Below, piece after piece: positions 59,304 to 64,000 of a stretch of 64,000 nt of DNA (positions within the stretch are counted from its first letter, which is position 1; each line of letters begins with the position of its first letter). A program made the translations under genes and the position numbers. The notes beneath the pieces were generated by a model. The model worked only from the letters and a program-made list of their open reading frames with translations. It did no database searches and was not told the DNA's origin. Origin of the DNA: the human T2T-CHM13v2.0 reference genome, Homo sapiens; assembly GCF_009914755.1 (NCBI RefSeq), contig NC_060926.1; one strand, written 5' to 3'.

Positions 59304-59738
59304 TGTATTAGGGTTTTCTTAGAGGGACAGAACTAATAGAATATATATATATATATATAAAGGGGAGTTTATTAAGTATTAACTTACACGATCACGAGTC
59401 CCACGATAGGCTGTCTTCAAGCTGAGGAGCAGGGAGAGCCAGTCGGAGTCCCAAACTGAAGAACTTGGAGTCCGATGTTCGAGGGCAGGAAACATCCAGC
59501 ACAGAAGAAAGATGTAGGCTGGGAGGCTAGGCCTGTCTTGTCGCTTCACGTTTTTCTGTCTGCTTTATATTCACTGGCGGCTGATTAGATGGTGCCCACT
59601 TGATTAAGGCTGGGTGTGCCTTCCCCAGCCCACTGACTCCAATGTTAATCTCCTTTGGCAACACCCTCACAGACACAGCCAGGAACAATATTGCATCCCT
59701 CGATCCAATCAAGTTGACACTCATTACTAATCATCATA
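59304..59738 (-). mobile_element. MLT2A (HERV-L) solo LTR
   Basis: tgtattagggttttcttagagggacagaactaatag, internal (TA)n, caatcaagttgacactca end; 5-bp TSD GATGC. Confidence 0.9.
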
Positions 59739-60638
59739 GATGCTGTACCTGGAAGGCATGAGACTCACAGGCAGGCAGTGAAGGTAACTATGGGCACAGA
59801 GCCAGGCCCAGGCCCAGGCCCAAGGCCGGCTTCATAGTGAACTTCTGAACTCCATTCCCAGCATCCCCTGGGCACAGGCAGTGCTGAGCCAGAGCTGGGG
59901 CGGGGCTCGGTCCACCCAGGCCGGTCTGAAGACCCCTCCAGGAGGAGGGGGAAGCAGGGTGGGTCCTGGAAGCCAGCAGCCAATTGGTTTCTGGGCCACA
60001 GGTCCTGCTCTAACTGGAGGCTGTCCTAAGTGCGCATTTCCTCTGGCCTCCACCCCCCACTCACAGTCAAACTGGAAGGGCGCTGTGGCATATTGCTTCT
60101 TGAAGCCCTCAGTACCTCCTTTCCTTGGGGACAATGACATAACACAGACACCCCTCTGCTGGAGGGATGTCCGGATTACAGCCAAGGAGCTGCCAGGAAG
60201 CCCCAACCCACTTTTCTGATCTTCAAAGATTAAGGTGTACATAGTTAGTAACAGTGCACCCTTCTCCCAAAAATATTAACTTCCCTGCCCACGTCCTCAG
60301 AGCTTTGGTCTCTGGGTGAGTCTGAGCCCCTGAGGCTGTGTCAGGAGAGTTTTGATCCCTTTGTGTCATGCCTGGCCCAGGGTGTCGTTGGGGGCCCCAA
60401 CATTGCACAGACACATGCAATAGGCAGTCAGTAGGCAACAAATAGGCAATATATGCTTTAGGCACAGTCTTTGAAATTAAACAGAACTGAGTGGCAGGGG
60501 CCAGCGCAGATGGGTGCCTAGTGCTGGGTCAGTCAAGTGCCTGGAAAGCCTCAGGGCTTGGATTGAAAGACCCACATTCCAGGCAGCGGCCCCTCCTAGT
60601 AAACCCTGCAGAGGAGGCTGACAGCCCCATGTGCTTAG

Positions 60639-60869
<231 letters not shown>

Positions 60870-61934
60870 TGATGGGCTCGGCATGGGGGAGCAGGTCACT
60901 GAGGAACAACCCCACCACCCTGACCTATCCAACACACGGGCTGATTTGAAAGGCCCCTTCCTTTGGCGTGATTGTCCGGGACGTGCAGTCCCAGCAAACA
61001 CCGTGGACACCTGCCGTCCCCGGGACCGGGATGTGCGCTTCCCTGTAACTGTCAGAACTTCCAGCACAGGAGGTGGCCAGCCCACAGCTCCCTGCTTCCA
61101 GCCTGGGGTGGGACATGCAGGCCTCCCTGAAATGACTAGAACCACTGGTCAACCGGCCAACCATCCTGGTCTGGGCAGGATGGGCATCTGGGCATTGCCA
61201 CTGCTGGCCCACAGTCAGTTCAAGTCTGTTGATCAGGAGATCTTTAAGCACTGAGAACCTAAATCTGCTTGGCTTAACTTTGTCGTCAGTTTTGCTTTGA
61301 AATGAAATCCCCAAAGCTCTGTCTTTTCTGGTACCCCAAGGGTGTATGTACCATGGGTCCGAGAGTTCAGATGTCCCATCGGAACAGGAGCAAGTAAGAT
61401 CACAGCAGCAGCCAGCTTTCCCCAAGCCACAGCAAGTGGCTGCGTGCGGGAAAGCTGTCTACTCTCCAGCTTCCCTCTTCGTTGTATTGAAGGGGCCGTA
61501 ATCTCATGCTGACGGGGACCTTGGAGGCTTTGGGAGGAAGGCAGGGCTCTACTTTCCCCCAAAAACAATGATTAAATGAATCTACTTTGGCCAAGCCACA
61601 GGGTGCAGACCTGGAGAGCAGTTTTATTTCCTCTGTGATCTCAAGTCCCCTGAGCACGTCGACCGGAGGCAGTCTGGGGGAGAGGCCATCGTGCTGGGAG
61701 AGCTGCCTCAGAGTCAGGCAGTTCTGAGTTTGGAGCCTCACTCTGCCAGTCTGTTTCACTGGTTCTCACACACGTTCTTTTTACACACCAACCTCTCAAA
61801 CGGGGAGTGTCTTACAGTGAATGTGGTAAGAAAGGGGTATGCTTGAGACTCACTGGCAGCACTGTCTCTCAATAATGCAACATCCAATCTGCAAAGTCTG
61901 AGATTCATTGAGGTATGCTGTGCTGTTAGAACAA

Positions 61935-62035
61935 ATCGCTTAACCTCTGTGCACCTCAGTTTCCTCATTGTACAAAAGGGGTTAACAACGTCTAACTCAT
62001 CCCATTGTCATAGGGATTAAATGAGATGGCTGAAC
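61935..62035. mobile_element. MIR fragment (others near 7750, 11100, 20500, 21880, 24100)
   Basis: cttaacctctgtgcacctcagtttcctcat core. Confidence 0.7.
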
Positions 62036-62353
62036 CTGTTGACTACATAGCAAATTATCACAAACCTAAAATGTGGCTTGAAACAACATGTTTATGATCT
62101 TATCATGGAATCTGGTGTTATTTGCAATTTGAAATTGGGAATCATATTACATTTACTTTGCAAACATGCAAAGTATGTCCACTCATAACCCCCACCCACA
62201 ATGCCAGGCAAGGTCCTCTTTTTTCCTGAAGATCTTTGTGTGTGGCTGTGGAATCTGCCCCATTCTTATTGTGACTTTGGAACCTCAGCCCTGTAACATG
62301 AACATCCTTATGTCTTCATTTTCTTTGAGCCTCATTTTTCTTCATTGGACTAA

Positions 62354-62629
<276 letters not shown>

Positions 62630-62755
62630 TAGAGAAATTACAGCTTTTAATACTTTCAAACTATGAAATTGCACAAGCCTACTTAATGGAGATACGTCAT
62701 CACAATATTTTTTGTGGAAGTGAATTCACATAACAGAAAATTAACCATCTTAGTA

Positions 62756-63340
62756 TGGCCATTCCCCAAAAATTAAAAATCGAGTTTCCATAGGATCCAA
62801 CAATTCCACTTCTTGGTATACACCCCAAAAAATTGAAGACAGGGACTGAAAAAGATATTTGCAACCCCGTATCCATAGCAGCGTTATTTGTAATAATCAA
62901 AAGGTGGAAGTAACCCAAGCGTCCATTGACAGATGAATGGATAAAAAAATGCAGGATGTACGCAACATGGAATATTATTCACCCCTAAAAAGGAAAGAAA
63001 CGCTGACACATGCTAGACCATGGATGAACCTGGAGAACACTGTGCTAAGTGAAATAAACCAGTCACTCTGGACACATGCTATATGGTTCCACTTAACCTG
63101 AGGTTCTTAGTCAAATTAATAGAGACAGAAACTAGAATAGTAGTCACCAGGGGCTGGGGTCAGGGGGATGGGAATTAGTGTTGAATGGGCACAGAGTCTC
63201 TGCTTTGCATGATGAAAGGAGCCCTGGAGATGGACGGTGGTGACAGTTATACAACAATGTGAATATACTTAATACCTTAAAAATGGATAAAAGGGTAAAT
63301 TTTTATATGTATTTTATAATTGAAAAAAGTAATATTTTAT
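62756..63340 (+). mobile_element. L1MB 3' end inserted into an antisense L1M 3' end (62705-62755 and 63683-64000)
   Basis: caattccacttcttggtatacacccc...; the outer element's aaaattaaccat...gtacaattcagtg is split around it. Confidence 0.75.
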
Positions 63341-63359
63341 TGAATTTAGGAGAAAATAA

Positions 63360-63680
<321 letters not shown>

Positions 63681-64000
63681 GACGTACAATTCAGTGACAG
63701 TACATTTACAGTGTTGTGTAACCACCACCTCTCTCTAATTCCAAAACAACTTCACCCCCCAAAAAAATCCCATACCCATGAAGCAGTTACTTCCCAGTCT
63801 CCCTTGTCCCCGGCCTCTGACAACTACCAGTCTTCCTTCTGTCTCAATGGATTTGTCTATTCTGGACATTTCATGTAAATGGACTCACAGAAGGACATCT
63901 GGCCTTTTGTCACGAGCTCCTTTCACCGAGCATAATGCTTCTGAGGTCCATCCATGCTGTAGCACATATGGGTGCTTCATTCCTTTTTATGAAAATATAT

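Overview
Primate, almost certainly human, genomic DNA (chr2q37.3 by recognition of the gene) holding the upstream region and 5' part of MLPH (melanophilin/Slac2-a) on the + strand. The gene has a CpG-island promoter, a non-coding exon 1 and coding exons 2-8 (codons 1-340, all GT-AG, frame continuous); it runs off the right end. Intron 3 ends in the mirtron hairpin MIR6811. The background is Alu, L1, L2, MIR, LTR and hAT/Tigger repeats, several with intact target-site duplications (TSDs). The most unusual object is a ~3.6 kb old NUMT in intron 6 (ND6 end, ND5, tRNA-Leu/Ser/His, ND4 end, ND3; mitochondrial sense on the - strand). It carries (i) a ~16-copy 61-bp minisatellite grown from ND5 codons with a 122-bp alternating dimer structure, (ii) a repeat junction matching an inverted ND4 segment 1.2 kb away at 17/18 nt and carrying a CACCTG E2-box in every unit, and (iii) an in-frame ND3::ND4 deletion junction. 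No CRISPR array or new protein-coding system is supported; most long ORFs in the track are repeat or GC artefacts. Repeat family names come from remembered consensus sequences, not from a search.
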